The translations under genes and the position numbers were made by a program. From a virus (Duplodnaviria; Caudoviricetes), in IMG/VR virus record IMGVR_UViG_3300036784_000078, positions 3,442 to 67,441 of that record: a stretch of 64,000 bases of DNA; one strand, given 5' to 3'. The stretch's first letter is position 1. Each line of letters begins with the position of its first letter. Below the pieces are notes generated by a model. That model saw only the letters and a program-made list of their open reading frames with translations. It had not been told where the DNA came from and ran no database searches. Positions 45,222-53,908 of the stretch are shown piece after piece.

Positions 45222-45934
45222 TGGACTGCCTCCGCCGCGGTACGGGCTGCTTTCTTTCGGGCGAGATAGGCCCTGGTGTTGTGCTGCGCTCTCTCACGTC
45301 GGCAGATTCGACATTCCTTTCTGTTTCCCCGAGGGGAGGTGTAAATGTTGTCCCCGGAGAGTGGATGGCCCTTTGGGCAATGCGATCTCGGCACCCTCGT
45401 GAAGACAAGGTCTTCAATGGTGCCGATCGCCACATCGTAACGAGCCGCCAGACGTCGCACCAAGCCATATCGGGACTTGCGCGTTCCGGCCGCGGCATAG
45501 GTAGCTTTAATCTCCGCGACCTGGGCGTCTGTCAGCTTGCAGGCATGATGACGCTCGCCATACATGCGCGTCCCGTGGCGCACCATATCGGCGTTGTTCT
45601 CTCTGGTTGTCTTCCAGGACAGGTTCTCGGCTCTGGCATCTATCCGGCTGCCGTTGTGATGGGCTGCCTCATGCTCCGGTGAGGGGCGTTCGCCGTGGAA
45701 TGTCGAGCAGATGACAAGATGAAGGTCGATGGCGTGCCGCTTTCCGTTGGTGGAATTCAGCGTTATCTTGAGGTAGCCGCGATCCTTATCGGTCATCGTC
45801 TTGAGAGGCGGACGCACCAGCCTGACTAGGCCGGATGGGTGCGCCTCATAGCCTCGGAAGCAAAGGCCGCGGAGATCCGGCACTGGCTTCCAACCGTCGA
45901 CCGGGAGGTCGGCCGGATACTGACGCCCGCTCAT
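45218..45934 (-). CDS. NUMOD4-HNH homing endonuclease with C-terminal HCPKGH motif
   Basis: WKPVP..GYE..GYLKITL..HLVICSTFHG...AAHHNG..DARAENLSW; HCPKGH...ECRIC. Confidence 0.87.
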   Translation of the reverse strand: MSGRQYPADLPVDGWKPVPDLRGLCFRGYEAHPSGLVRLVRPPLKTMTDKDRGYLKITLNSTNGKRHAIDLHLVICSTFHGERPSPEHEAAHHNGSRIDARAENLSWKTTRENNADMVRHGTRMYGERHHACKLTDAQVAEIKATYAAAGTRKSRYGLVRRLAARYDVAIGTIEDLVFTRVPRSHCPKGHPLSGDNIYTSPRGNRKECRICRRERAQHNTRAYLARKKAARTAAEAVQ

Positions 45935-46728
45935 TACCGAACCCCCAAGGTCGCAGTTTCTTTCCACTTTATGCCCGGTATGACGCGGGTCGGCTTGCCG
46001 GAGATCGGATCGCGCTGCTTCATTGCGGCTTTGACCGCCTCGTCGTTGACCTGCAGGAATTCGAGGGGGATCTTGTCGAAGTCCTCGATTTCCCAATTCC
46101 AGGTAGTGCGCAGCGATGCCTGGGCGCCGTAGTGGCCGACCGTGCGGGACGCGAGCGTCGGCTTGGCGCGGGCGGCGTTTTGGGCGTTCCTGGCGGCATC
46201 GGCCGCCCAGGCAGCCTCCTCAAGCGCCTGCGTGGCGGTGATGCCGAACAGGCTTTTACTGGTGGCCTCGCGTGCCTTGGCTGCCGCCGCTGCCGCCGCT
46301 GCCTCCGTCTCCTGGGCGATGCGCTGGGCTTCGGCCCTGGCGAGATCGGCCTTGCGGATGGCGAAGGCGGTGGCGACCGCCTTGACCGGGGCAAGGACTC
46401 TGGTGACGGCCTCGGTGATGACGCGCGCCCAATCATCGACCGCGCGCCCGCCGTCGAGATACGGCTTTTTCGCCGTGGTGCGTTCGGCGTTGATGTCGCG
46501 GACGAGCACTTCTGCGATGCGGATGTTTTCCGCCAACAGCCCGGCGGTGTCCTCGTCGCCATCGGCGATGGTGGGGTGGGCCTGCAGTGTCGCGGCGAGC
46601 GCCGGGATGATGTCGTCGCGGCGCTCGAGCAATTCCTGCCCGGAGAAGTCGAGCCACTCGCGGACCTGCTTGGTGGTGAGCGGCTGCGGCGGTGCTACGG
46701 GGGCGTTCGTGAGTTGATGGGTGTCCAC
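45934..46728 (-). CDS. Conserved coiled-coil recombination-module protein
   Basis: AKKPYLDGGRAVD, SLRTTWNWEIEDFDKIP..FL, IPGI motifs; next to ERF. Confidence 0.7.
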   Translation of the reverse strand: MDTHQLTNAPVAPPQPLTTKQVREWLDFSGQELLERRDDIIPALAATLQAHPTIADGDEDTAGLLAENIRIAEVLVRDINAERTTAKKPYLDGGRAVDDWARVITEAVTRVLAPVKAVATAFAIRKADLARAEAQRIAQETEAAAAAAAAKAREATSKSLFGITATQALEEAAWAADAARNAQNAARAKPTLASRTVGHYGAQASLRTTWNWEIEDFDKIPLEFLQVNDEAVKAAMKQRDPISGKPTRVIPGIKWKETATLGVR

Positions 46729-47090
46729 GGGATGGGTGTCCTTGGTTGCAGTGGCCGCAGTTTGCGAATCTCGATCCTGCGCCGCGGCGAAAGCGCAGGA
46801 TGCGACGGGTCGTTCTCGACGGCCCATTGCTTGGTCTCGATGCGCCAGTCGTATTCCTGTTGACTGATGCGGAGACCATGCTCGTGAATATTGACGATGC
46901 CCTCGGCATACCAGGGATCTGGGTTCGCGGGGCGGACTATGCCGTCGATGACGGCGAACCATTGCTGCCCGTCGTCGGTGCGCTCGATGCGGCAGGGCAC
47001 CGGCCATCCGCCACGCGCGAGCACGAGGCTGTAATAGCCTTCCTCGATCTGATCGCTGCGGCGTGACTGGCTGGGATGGTGGCGGTGCAT
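46695..47090 (-). CDS. Conserved hypothetical protein
   Basis: GYYSLVLARGGWPVPCRI...HPALSPRRRI motif. Confidence 0.7.
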   Translation of the reverse strand: MHRHHPSQSRRSDQIEEGYYSLVLARGGWPVPCRIERTDDGQQWFAVIDGIVRPANPDPWYAEGIVNIHEHGLRISQQEYDWRIETKQWAVENDPSHPALSPRRRIEIRKLRPLQPRTPIPWTPINSRTPP

Positions 47091-47160
47091 GATGCTTTAT
47101 GGAGGGTAACGAAGCGGCAATGGTTTACCTTTTAAGCCGCCCCAGGTCAAGTCGGGGTGA

Positions 47161-47266
47161 GCAAAAACCCGAGTTCCCGCGACGGGTTTTTGCAACCGCG
47201 TTGTGAGTGGGCCGGTTCCGCCGGGACGGGGTTTTCGCATCCACGTTGTGAACAGACCGGCTCCGC
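47161..47266. repeat. Perfect 11-bp inverted repeat overlapping two degenerate ~42-bp direct repeats in the divergent control region
   Basis: GCAAAAACCCG (47161-71)/CGGGTTTTTGC (47183-93); GACGGG..CGTTGTGA..CCGG.TCCGC at about 47181-47221 and 47225-47266. Confidence 0.7.
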
Positions 47267-47546
47267 AGCGATGACCACAAAAGCGGTTGCAGGCGGCGTA
47301 AGCGTCTCAAGCAAATATGGTTTACTTTGTCGAAGTCTGCTGCCCGACTCGCAGTTTTTAGACGACCGTCGATTTCTTTTTGGTGGCCTCAGATGCTGCG
47401 GCACGAAAAGTGTCGCAAACACAGAGGAATCGGGGCTTTGGCGACGTTGGTCACCGGTCTTGATTGGTCTTGACCGGGACGTGGGGTAATCCGCAGGATG
47501 CAGTTTCGTGCCGTCTCGTGCCGTCGTCTTCCGAGGGTACAAGCAC

Positions 47547-48077
47547 ATGCCCGATGCGAAAACTTTTTCCACCTTCAAGGCGCTGCTGGCGCATGTCTTC
47601 GGCAGTCAGGCACGTCTCGCGTCGCGGCTTGGTATACCATATGCCGAGGCGGCATTGTGGTACCGCACAGGGCGCATTCCTGAGGCGTATTGGGATGCCG
47701 TGGCCGCCGCGGCGCGCGCGGATGGGCTGAAAGGGATCAATCGCACGCTGCTGCGACGACTGCCATCAGCCGACGGGGCCGACACCGTTGCAGCGATCAT
47801 CGCTTTGTGGCCCTCGCAGATCGCGCTGGCGCATGATCTGGCGGTGTCAGTGACGACCGTTAATTCATGGGCGCTGCGAGGCAGCATCCCCGTGGCGTGG
47901 TGGAGCGGCATAATCCGGAGCGCGCAGCGCCATGGCATCCGGGACCTCTCCGTGGCGCGGCTGCATACTATCGCTGTTTCCCATACCTCCGAGCCGCATG
48001 GCGGCCGGGATCAAATGCGTGTCGTTGCCAGCGTCAAGACGCGGCGCGATGCGATGCAGGAGACCGAGACCGTTTGA
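47547..48077 (+). CDS. Tandem Cro-like (double HTH) regulator
   Basis: Two copies of xxFGSQ/WPSQ..LA..L...W..G.IP..W.. Confidence 0.75.
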   Translation: MPDAKTFSTFKALLAHVFGSQARLASRLGIPYAEAALWYRTGRIPEAYWDAVAAAARADGLKGINRTLLRRLPSADGADTVAAIIALWPSQIALAHDLAVSVTTVNSWALRGSIPVAWWSGIIRSAQRHGIRDLSVARLHTIAVSHTSEPHGGRDQMRVVASVKTRRDAMQETETV

Positions 48078-48095
48078 CAAAGGACACCCACCCTC

Positions 48096-48791
48096 ATGCC
48101 CGAGGCACCGCAACCCCGAACCGAAGCTTCCGCCGGCGTCAGCAATGACGCGATCTTGTCCTTCATGCATGACTATGAACGGCAAAGCCTGATCTGCGAT
48201 CAGGCGAACGGCGAACGACGCCGGATCATCAAGCAATGGAAGAAAGAGGGCGTCGATACCGACGCGGGGGTCGCGGCCTGCCGGATGCGCAAGCGCGAGC
48301 CGGATGCAGTGAAGCTCTACATGCGTGGCCTGATCCGCTCGCTGGTGCTGCGTCATATGCCGGTCGAGCAGACCGACCTGTTCGAAGGTTGGTCCCCGGA
48401 GGTATCGGAAACGGTGCAGCGTGCCGACGACGTCTTTGATGCCGGCGACAAGGGCTATCGCGCCGGCCGGAAAGGGGTGGACATCGCGGAGTGCCCCTAC
48501 GATGCCGGTGCGGAGCAGCAAGCCGTCTGGATACAGGCTTGGCATCGTGGTCAGGCCGCGATTGCCCACGAACTCGGACCGGACACCCACCTCGCATCGG
48601 CCTCCCGTGCACGGCCGCGACGCGCTGACCAGGGCACGCTGCCGGGCGTAGCGGCGAAAGCGAAACGCAAAGTCGCCGCGGGGAAGAAAGCCAAGCCTCA
48701 CAAGGGGCCAATCCGCGGCCGTCGCCGCCGGGCCAATGGTCACGGCACGCCGATGATGCCGCACGGCGGGGATCATTCCAGCGCCGCGTAA
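48096..48791 (+). CDS. GapR-like N-terminal domain fused to an RMF-like motif and a basic tail
   Basis: E..R..IIKQWKKEGVD..CRMRK; GYRAGRKG...CPYD....WIQAWHRG. Confidence 0.65.
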   Translation: MPEAPQPRTEASAGVSNDAILSFMHDYERQSLICDQANGERRRIIKQWKKEGVDTDAGVAACRMRKREPDAVKLYMRGLIRSLVLRHMPVEQTDLFEGWSPEVSETVQRADDVFDAGDKGYRAGRKGVDIAECPYDAGAEQQAVWIQAWHRGQAAIAHELGPDTHLASASRARPRRADQGTLPGVAAKAKRKVAAGKKAKPHKGPIRGRRRRANGHGTPMMPHGGDHSSAA

Positions 48792-48831
48792 CGCGGCATG
48801 ACGTCGTTCTAAATCAGGGGAAAGAACCGTC

Positions 48832-49413
48832 ATGCCGCCGCTCGATCGGGCGGGCGCGATTGCGCCCGGCGTGCGTCCCGTTGCCGAAATTCCGCGCCGA
48901 GTGATCGCGCTCGACCTGTCGGGGACCGTGGGAATCGCCATCGGCACCGAGGGCATGATGCTGCCGGAGCGGACCGAGACCTGGGTGCTGGCACGCGAGG
49001 GCGGCGAGGGCGCGCGGTATGCCAGCTTCGAGAACGAGCTCGCCGCTCTGCTGGGCCGCTACCAGCCCGCGCATGTGATCCTCGAGGCGACGCTGCCATT
49101 GCCGGCGATGAATAACTATGCCGCGGCGGCGCAGGCGTTCGGGCTGCGCGCGATCGCGCGTGCCGAGGCCTGGCGGGCGTCGGCTTCGGTGTCGGAGATC
49201 GATGTGCTGACCGTGCGCCGCGAGGTGATGGCCTTGCCGCGGTTGTCGCGCGACGCGGTGAAGCTCGCGGTTTTCAAGTTCTGCCGTAAGCGGGGGATCA
49301 AGGTGGAATCGCATCATGCGGCGGATGCGGCGCTGGTGTGGATGTGGCGTGCGATGCGGTTGCGCGGCGATGCGCCGGTGGCCGGGCCGTTGTTCATGGA
49401 GGACGCGGGATGA
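48832..49413 (+). CDS. RuvC-like Holliday junction resolvase/endonuclease
   Basis: VIALDLSGTVGIA, VILEA, HHAADAALV. Confidence 0.78.
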   Translation: MPPLDRAGAIAPGVRPVAEIPRRVIALDLSGTVGIAIGTEGMMLPERTETWVLAREGGEGARYASFENELAALLGRYQPAHVILEATLPLPAMNNYAAAAQAFGLRAIARAEAWRASASVSEIDVLTVRREVMALPRLSRDAVKLAVFKFCRKRGIKVESHHAADAALVWMWRAMRLRGDAPVAGPLFMEDAG

Positions 49414-49670
49414 CCGAGCCCTCGCTGTTGCAGCGCGTGGTGCGCGAGCGGGTGCCCGACATGATGGCGTCGCCGAGCGGGATCTGGCGCGGCAGCTGTC
49501 CCCGCTGCGCACACGATCTGTGCGGCAAACCAACTCTCGAAGTGTTCGCGGATTTCTTTCGTTGCTCACGATGCGGCGTGGCGGGCAATGCGGTCGCGTT
49601 CATCATGAACGACGACGGGCTGACCTATGACGAAGCGGCCGACGTGATCGACCGCATGGGGAGGCAATAA
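49410..49670 (+). CDS. Stand-alone CHC2-like (primase-type) zinc finger
   Basis: GSCPRC...FRCSRCGVAGNAVAFIM...LTYDEA. Confidence 0.75.
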   Translation: MTEPSLLQRVVRERVPDMMASPSGIWRGSCPRCAHDLCGKPTLEVFADFFRCSRCGVAGNAVAFIMNDDGLTYDEAADVIDRMGRQ

Positions 49671-50617
49671 TGAGCGAGGTGGTCAAGCTGCGCGGCGATC
49701 AGGCGGACCTCTATGCCAGTCCGCCGATGATGCGTCCGGCGGTCGAGGATGCGCGACGGATCGTTAGTCTGGCGGCGCGGATGCACCGGTGGCGCGAAAT
49801 GGAAACCGCGATCGACGTGCTGATCGAACGGCAGCAGATCATTGTTCGGTGGTGGGACGATCATGTGCGGGCTGAGGGTCACCAGCCAACTAGCGCAGGC
49901 GCGGGGCTAGTTGCGGCAGCGGAAGCAGAACGGCTGATCGACCTGCGTCATCAGCAGATTTCCCGCTTTCGCCTCGCACTGGCGGACATCGCAGCCTACC
50001 GCGATCGGCTGGTCCGCCGTGCGAGGCGCGAGGCCGGCACCGAGACCGGTTCGGACGACCCGTCGGCCTTGCGGCCGCAACCCACCCGCGACGGACCCGA
50101 CTTCTGGCCGACCCCGCACTCGCTGGTCGAGGCGCTGGTCTATCACGTGCTGCCGCTGCTGCCGAAAACCACGATCTGGGAATGCGCCGCGGGCGACGGG
50201 CGGCTTGTGCAGGCGATGATGCAGGCCGGGCGCGAGGTGTTCGCTTCCGACCTCTACCCGCAGGACGACAGCCAGCCGTGGGATTTCCTAGGCGATGCAG
50301 CGCCGCCACTCGCGGGGGCGGTGGCGGTGACGAACCCGCCGTTCAACGCCGGAGACGACTTCATCGACCGGGGCCTCGCGCTGCTGGACGCAGGCGCGAT
50401 CGTCGGGCTGGTGCTGCTGCTGCGGCACGATCACCTGCAGGCGGCGGGACGGGCCGAGGCGCTCAATGCCGCGACCTTTGAGGTGCATTGCAACTGGCGG
50501 CCGGTGTGGATCGAGGGGACCGACGGGCAGCCGCGCTGGGCGTTCACCTGGGTCGGCTGGACCGGGGGGCGGCGTCGCGCGCCAATCTACCTGACGAACG
50601 GGGAGCCGGCGGCATGA
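49670..50617 (+). CDS. DNA amino-methyltransferase with extra N-terminal domain
   Basis: FWPTP, IWECAAGDG (motif I), AVTNPPF (motif IV). Confidence 0.82.
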   Translation: MSEVVKLRGDQADLYASPPMMRPAVEDARRIVSLAARMHRWREMETAIDVLIERQQIIVRWWDDHVRAEGHQPTSAGAGLVAAAEAERLIDLRHQQISRFRLALADIAAYRDRLVRRARREAGTETGSDDPSALRPQPTRDGPDFWPTPHSLVEALVYHVLPLLPKTTIWECAAGDGRLVQAMMQAGREVFASDLYPQDDSQPWDFLGDAAPPLAGAVAVTNPPFNAGDDFIDRGLALLDAGAIVGLVLLLRHDHLQAAGRAEALNAATFEVHCNWRPVWIEGTDGQPRWAFTWVGWTGGRRRAPIYLTNGEPAA

Positions 50618-51048
50618 GATCGCGGACCTCTGACGGAGGACCGGCAGCAGGCGAGCGATGGGAGGGTGTCCGCCCGGTCCTCCACGGCGGCCCCTCCCGC
50701 CCTACTAACCGGGCGTCGGACGGGTCTGACGAGTCGGCCAAAACGTCTGACGGTTGGTCTGACGGGGGCGGAGGTGGGGTCGGCAAGTGGCTGAAAAGCA
50801 CGGGATTCTTCGGAGTGGTCAGAATCAGAAAGAAGGGGCAAGATAACAAAACGCCCCCTTGGAGGGGGGCGAATTGTGTCTTCAACAGTGGCCGCTCGGG
50901 ATACGAGCGAAACAGGGCGGAGTGGTGTCCCCCTGTTTCGCACACCCCGAGGGCCAAAGCAAGAGGCTTGTCCTCTGGGGAAGGGGTGAATGTTCCGTGA
51001 ATCCATAGGCGTGCGTTGCCGGCCTGCCAGCACGGGGGAGGACCGGCC

Positions 51049-51723
51049 ATGAGTGCCAGCCTCTACACCATCGCGGCGATCCCGACCGTGTATCGCGGGC
51101 GGCGCTACCGTTCGCGGCTTGAGGCGCGTTGGGCGGCGTTCTTCGACCTGCTGGGGTGGAGGCACGAATACGAGCCGTTCGACCTGGGCAAGTGGTCGCC
51201 AGACTTCCTGCTGCACGGGATCTGGCGTCGGCACGGGGCCGCTACGGAGCCAAGACCCGTCCTCGCTGAGATCAAGCCAATCACCGATTTTGACCTGTCA
51301 GTCGCGACCAGGATGAACGACGCGATCTACGATCAGGATATCCCGCCGGCGCTTGATCTGCTGCTGCTCGGCGTGGCGCCACGCGTCTTCGAGAAGCAGT
51401 ATATCCAGATCGGATGGGTCGTTAATACCGAGTTCATCCCAGGTACAGACTATGACCTCAGAATAAAACTAGCTGGCAATGAAGCAGTTCTGAAGTTGTT
51501 CGCTAGTCCGGATGGGACTGCATTCGATTACGCGGACAATAATACCCCACTTGACGGTATTCTCACCAGCTATGAGAGCGGGTTCGATGCCTTTCATCCT
51601 CGATTCTATCGAGCTGATTTATTTGAGGGCCGCGAGGGGAAGGAATATGCCGCCGAAGTCATGAAACTGTGGGCCGAGGCCACCAACCGGGTGCAGTGGC
51701 ATCCGAGGGAGGTGAGGTCATGA
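51049..51723 (+). CDS. PD-(D/E)xK-like nuclease
   Basis: YRSRLEARWAAFFD.LG...YEP...PDFLL...AEIKP. Confidence 0.8.
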   Translation: MSASLYTIAAIPTVYRGRRYRSRLEARWAAFFDLLGWRHEYEPFDLGKWSPDFLLHGIWRRHGAATEPRPVLAEIKPITDFDLSVATRMNDAIYDQDIPPALDLLLLGVAPRVFEKQYIQIGWVVNTEFIPGTDYDLRIKLAGNEAVLKLFASPDGTAFDYADNNTPLDGILTSYESGFDAFHPRFYRADLFEGREGKEYAAEVMKLWAEATNRVQWHPREVRS

Positions 51724-52574
51724 GCTTCTCGGCGGAAGGGTGGGCCTGGAAGCAGACCTGCGGCAGCGGTCCAGCCAAGGCGGTCCTAGTCTACATCGGA
51801 TGGTGCGCCGATCAGGACGGCATGGGATTCCCCTCGGTCGAGAATATCTGCGCGCGAACGGAGCATGAGGAACGGACTGTTCGCAAGGCGATCAAACTTC
51901 TGGCCGAGAAAAGGTTGCTGGAAGTCGAGCGTCGGTGGTGGCCGAACGGTCGTGCCACCAGCAATGCTTATCGGCTGCCCGTGGCGACCGTAGATCGGCC
52001 GGCCGCCGAGCCTACCCCTGCAAAAAAGCAGGAGCCACTCGCTGCCGAGTCCGCCCCTGCGTTTTTGCAGGAGCCAACCCCTGTATTTTTGCAGGAGCAG
52101 AAAGGCCCTACTCCTGCATTTTTGCAGGAGCCTCTACCCCTGCAAAATTGCCCCCCAACCCCTGCATTTTTGCAGGAGAATCCTGTCACTGTAGAAAGTA
52201 AGCAAGAAAGTAAGGAAGAAAGACTCTCGCGCGTTGCACGCGCTGGTTGTGAACCCCCCGGCTTCGCCGAGTTCTATGAGCGATATCCCAAGAAGGTGAA
52301 GCGCGGCAAAGCCGTCGCAGCCTTCCGGAAAGCCACACGGATCGCGACCCCGGAAGCCATCATGACCGGATTGATCCGTCAGTTACCGAAATTGCACAGA
52401 ACCGCGTCCCAGTACGTTCCGTATCCGGCGTCGTGGTTGAACGCCGAAAGCTGGTCGGACGAGGTCGAGGAAACGCTCGACGACCGGCTGCATCGAATGG
52501 CGGGTCTGATGCCGGAGCCCGATGCCTACGAGCAGCCGTCGCAGGCTGTCATGGCGATGGTGGGGGACAACTGA
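51720..52574 (+). CDS. Replication initiator (lambda O-like, N-terminal winged HTH)
   Basis: WAW..AKAVL..AD..GFPSV..I..RT..ERTVRKAIKLL; FAEFYERYPKK..A.AAF..YPASWLNAESW; internal iterons. Confidence 0.85.
   Translation: MSFSAEGWAWKQTCGSGPAKAVLVYIGWCADQDGMGFPSVENICARTEHEERTVRKAIKLLAEKRLLEVERRWWPNGRATSNAYRLPVATVDRPAAEPTPAKKQEPLAAESAPAFLQEPTPVFLQEQKGPTPAFLQEPLPLQNCPPTPAFLQENPVTVESKQESKEERLSRVARAGCEPPGFAEFYERYPKKVKRGKAVAAFRKATRIATPEAIMTGLIRQLPKLHRTASQYVPYPASWLNAESWSDEVEETLDDRLHRMAGLMPEPDAYEQPSQAVMAMVGDN
52015..52178. repeat. Iteron array/putative replication origin within the initiator gene
   Basis: Five ~20-bp quasi-palindromes C(C/T)CCTG-N-TTTTTGCAGGAG-like at 52015, 52054, 52078, 52111 and 52159, plus a half copy near 52137. 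Confidence 0.85.
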
Positions 52575-53398
52575 TGAGCACCGAGAACCGGCGCAAGTTC
52601 GCCATCGCCCTCGCAAAGATGGTCTCGCCGCTGGAGACGGAAACAGCGGCCCAAGCGCTGCTCGCCATGCTGCCGGCGTTGAACGACATCCCCGAAGACG
52701 CTTTCGCCACGCCGGGCAATCTTGCGGCCGAGCTTGGCAAAGGCTTCACGCGCTGCCCGTCCCTGGCGCAGCTGCACAAAGCCCTGGCTGCGTGGTGGGA
52801 GGCGCACAAGCCGGCATCGGAGCTGCTGCTGCCCGGCGCGACGGGCATGGACGAAAAGGCGCGGATATACGCCTCGCTTTGGGAAAAGGACCGTGCCGCC
52901 GGCTGGTCGCACTTGAGCGGTTCTGCTGACGAACGCATGGCGGTGTCGTTGGGCAAGACCCGTGAGCTTTGCCTGCCAGCATTTCGCTACATTTGCGACA
53001 CCGACGGCAATGCGTGGCGGATCGCGGCCGAACGTGGCTGGCTGCCCAAGCGCGAGGAACCGCCGGCCGAGTTTACCGGCGCCACCATCGCCGCCCGGCT
53101 GATCGAGATCGAGAAGTTGCAGGACGAGAGAGGTCTGATCGCGACGACGGCGGCGCGCAGCCAGCTCGCCCTGCTGCGGATCGCGGTGACGCGGCACGCG
53201 CCACAGCTGCAGCACCTCGTGCCGGAGCGGATCGGGCCGGACCCGGAGCCGGACATCCTGCCGCCGGCCCGCCCAGCCCCGCCACCCGCGCCACCAGAGC
53301 CGCCGCCGGTGACGATCAACGGCGCGCCGGTGCCGCCGCCGGCGAACGACACCTCGCGGCTGCCCGACGACCTGTGGGGCCTGGGGGAAGGGGCATGA
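52574..53398 (+). CDS. Hypothetical replication protein (helicase-loader position)
   Basis: TGATG-coupled to the initiator. Confidence 0.65.
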   Translation: MSTENRRKFAIALAKMVSPLETETAAQALLAMLPALNDIPEDAFATPGNLAAELGKGFTRCPSLAQLHKALAAWWEAHKPASELLLPGATGMDEKARIYASLWEKDRAAGWSHLSGSADERMAVSLGKTRELCLPAFRYICDTDGNAWRIAAERGWLPKREEPPAEFTGATIAARLIEIEKLQDERGLIATTAARSQLALLRIAVTRHAPQLQHLVPERIGPDPEPDILPPARPAPPPAPPEPPPVTINGAPVPPPANDTSRLPDDLWGLGEGA

Positions 53399-53571
53399 TG
53401 CACCCCGAGCGTCTGGCGCTGGCCGTCGACGAAGCGATCGCGGACCTCGAGCGGGCGCTCGGCCGGCACTTCGATGTGCTCGAGCGGATCGCGGTGATGC
53501 GGGTGCTGGATCGGCTGGCCGATCTGGGGGTGGCGCAGGATGGCGCGCGGGAGGCGCTGCCATGGGGCTAG
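53395..53571 (+). CDS. Small hypothetical protein
   Basis: ATGA-coupled, helical. Confidence 0.5.
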   Translation: MMHPERLALAVDEAIADLERALGRHFDVLERIAVMRVLDRLADLGVAQDGAREALPWG

Positions 53572-53677
53572 GTGCCGTTTCCGGCCCTGGGTGGGGGGGA
53601 TATGAGGGGGAGGGGCGGAAAACCCGTGTACGCCCCTGTGGCGCCAATGGCGGGGCATTGTGGAAAGGGAGGGGGGA

Positions 53678-53908
53678 ATGGTGAAGGCGACGGATAACTG
53701 GCGAGGTGGCCGGCGAAGCTGCGAACGAAGCGACGGGCTCACCATCGTCCTCGGCGTGTCGAGCTGGACGATCATCCCGCCCGAGGGCAGCGGGCAGGAC
53801 CCGGTGTCCGCCTGTCCCTTGTGCGGCCGGCCGATGGCGAGCCCGGAAAAGGCCAAGCGTGTCGCTGACGTGTGGTTTCCGATCGGGCCGGTGAGGTTGG
53901 CATCATGA
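53678..53908 (+). CDS. Small zinc-ribbon protein
   Basis: CERSDG...ACPLCGRP; SD GGAGG. Confidence 0.55.
   Translation: MVKATDNWRGGRRSCERSDGLTIVLGVSSWTIIPPEGSGQDPVSACPLCGRPMASPEKAKRVADVWFPIGPVRLAS

Noticed and set aside
47161-47266. Mini-CRISPR, or coding ORF 47147-47578
   Set aside because: Only two degenerate adjacent copies with no spacer; the ORF overlaps the Cro-like gene, has no SD and has poor protein-like composition
52015-52178. CRISPR-like array of palindromic repeats
   Set aside because: Spacers are short and irregular (about 4-28 nt), the repeats are in frame inside the replication initiator, and there are no cas genes; iterons fit better
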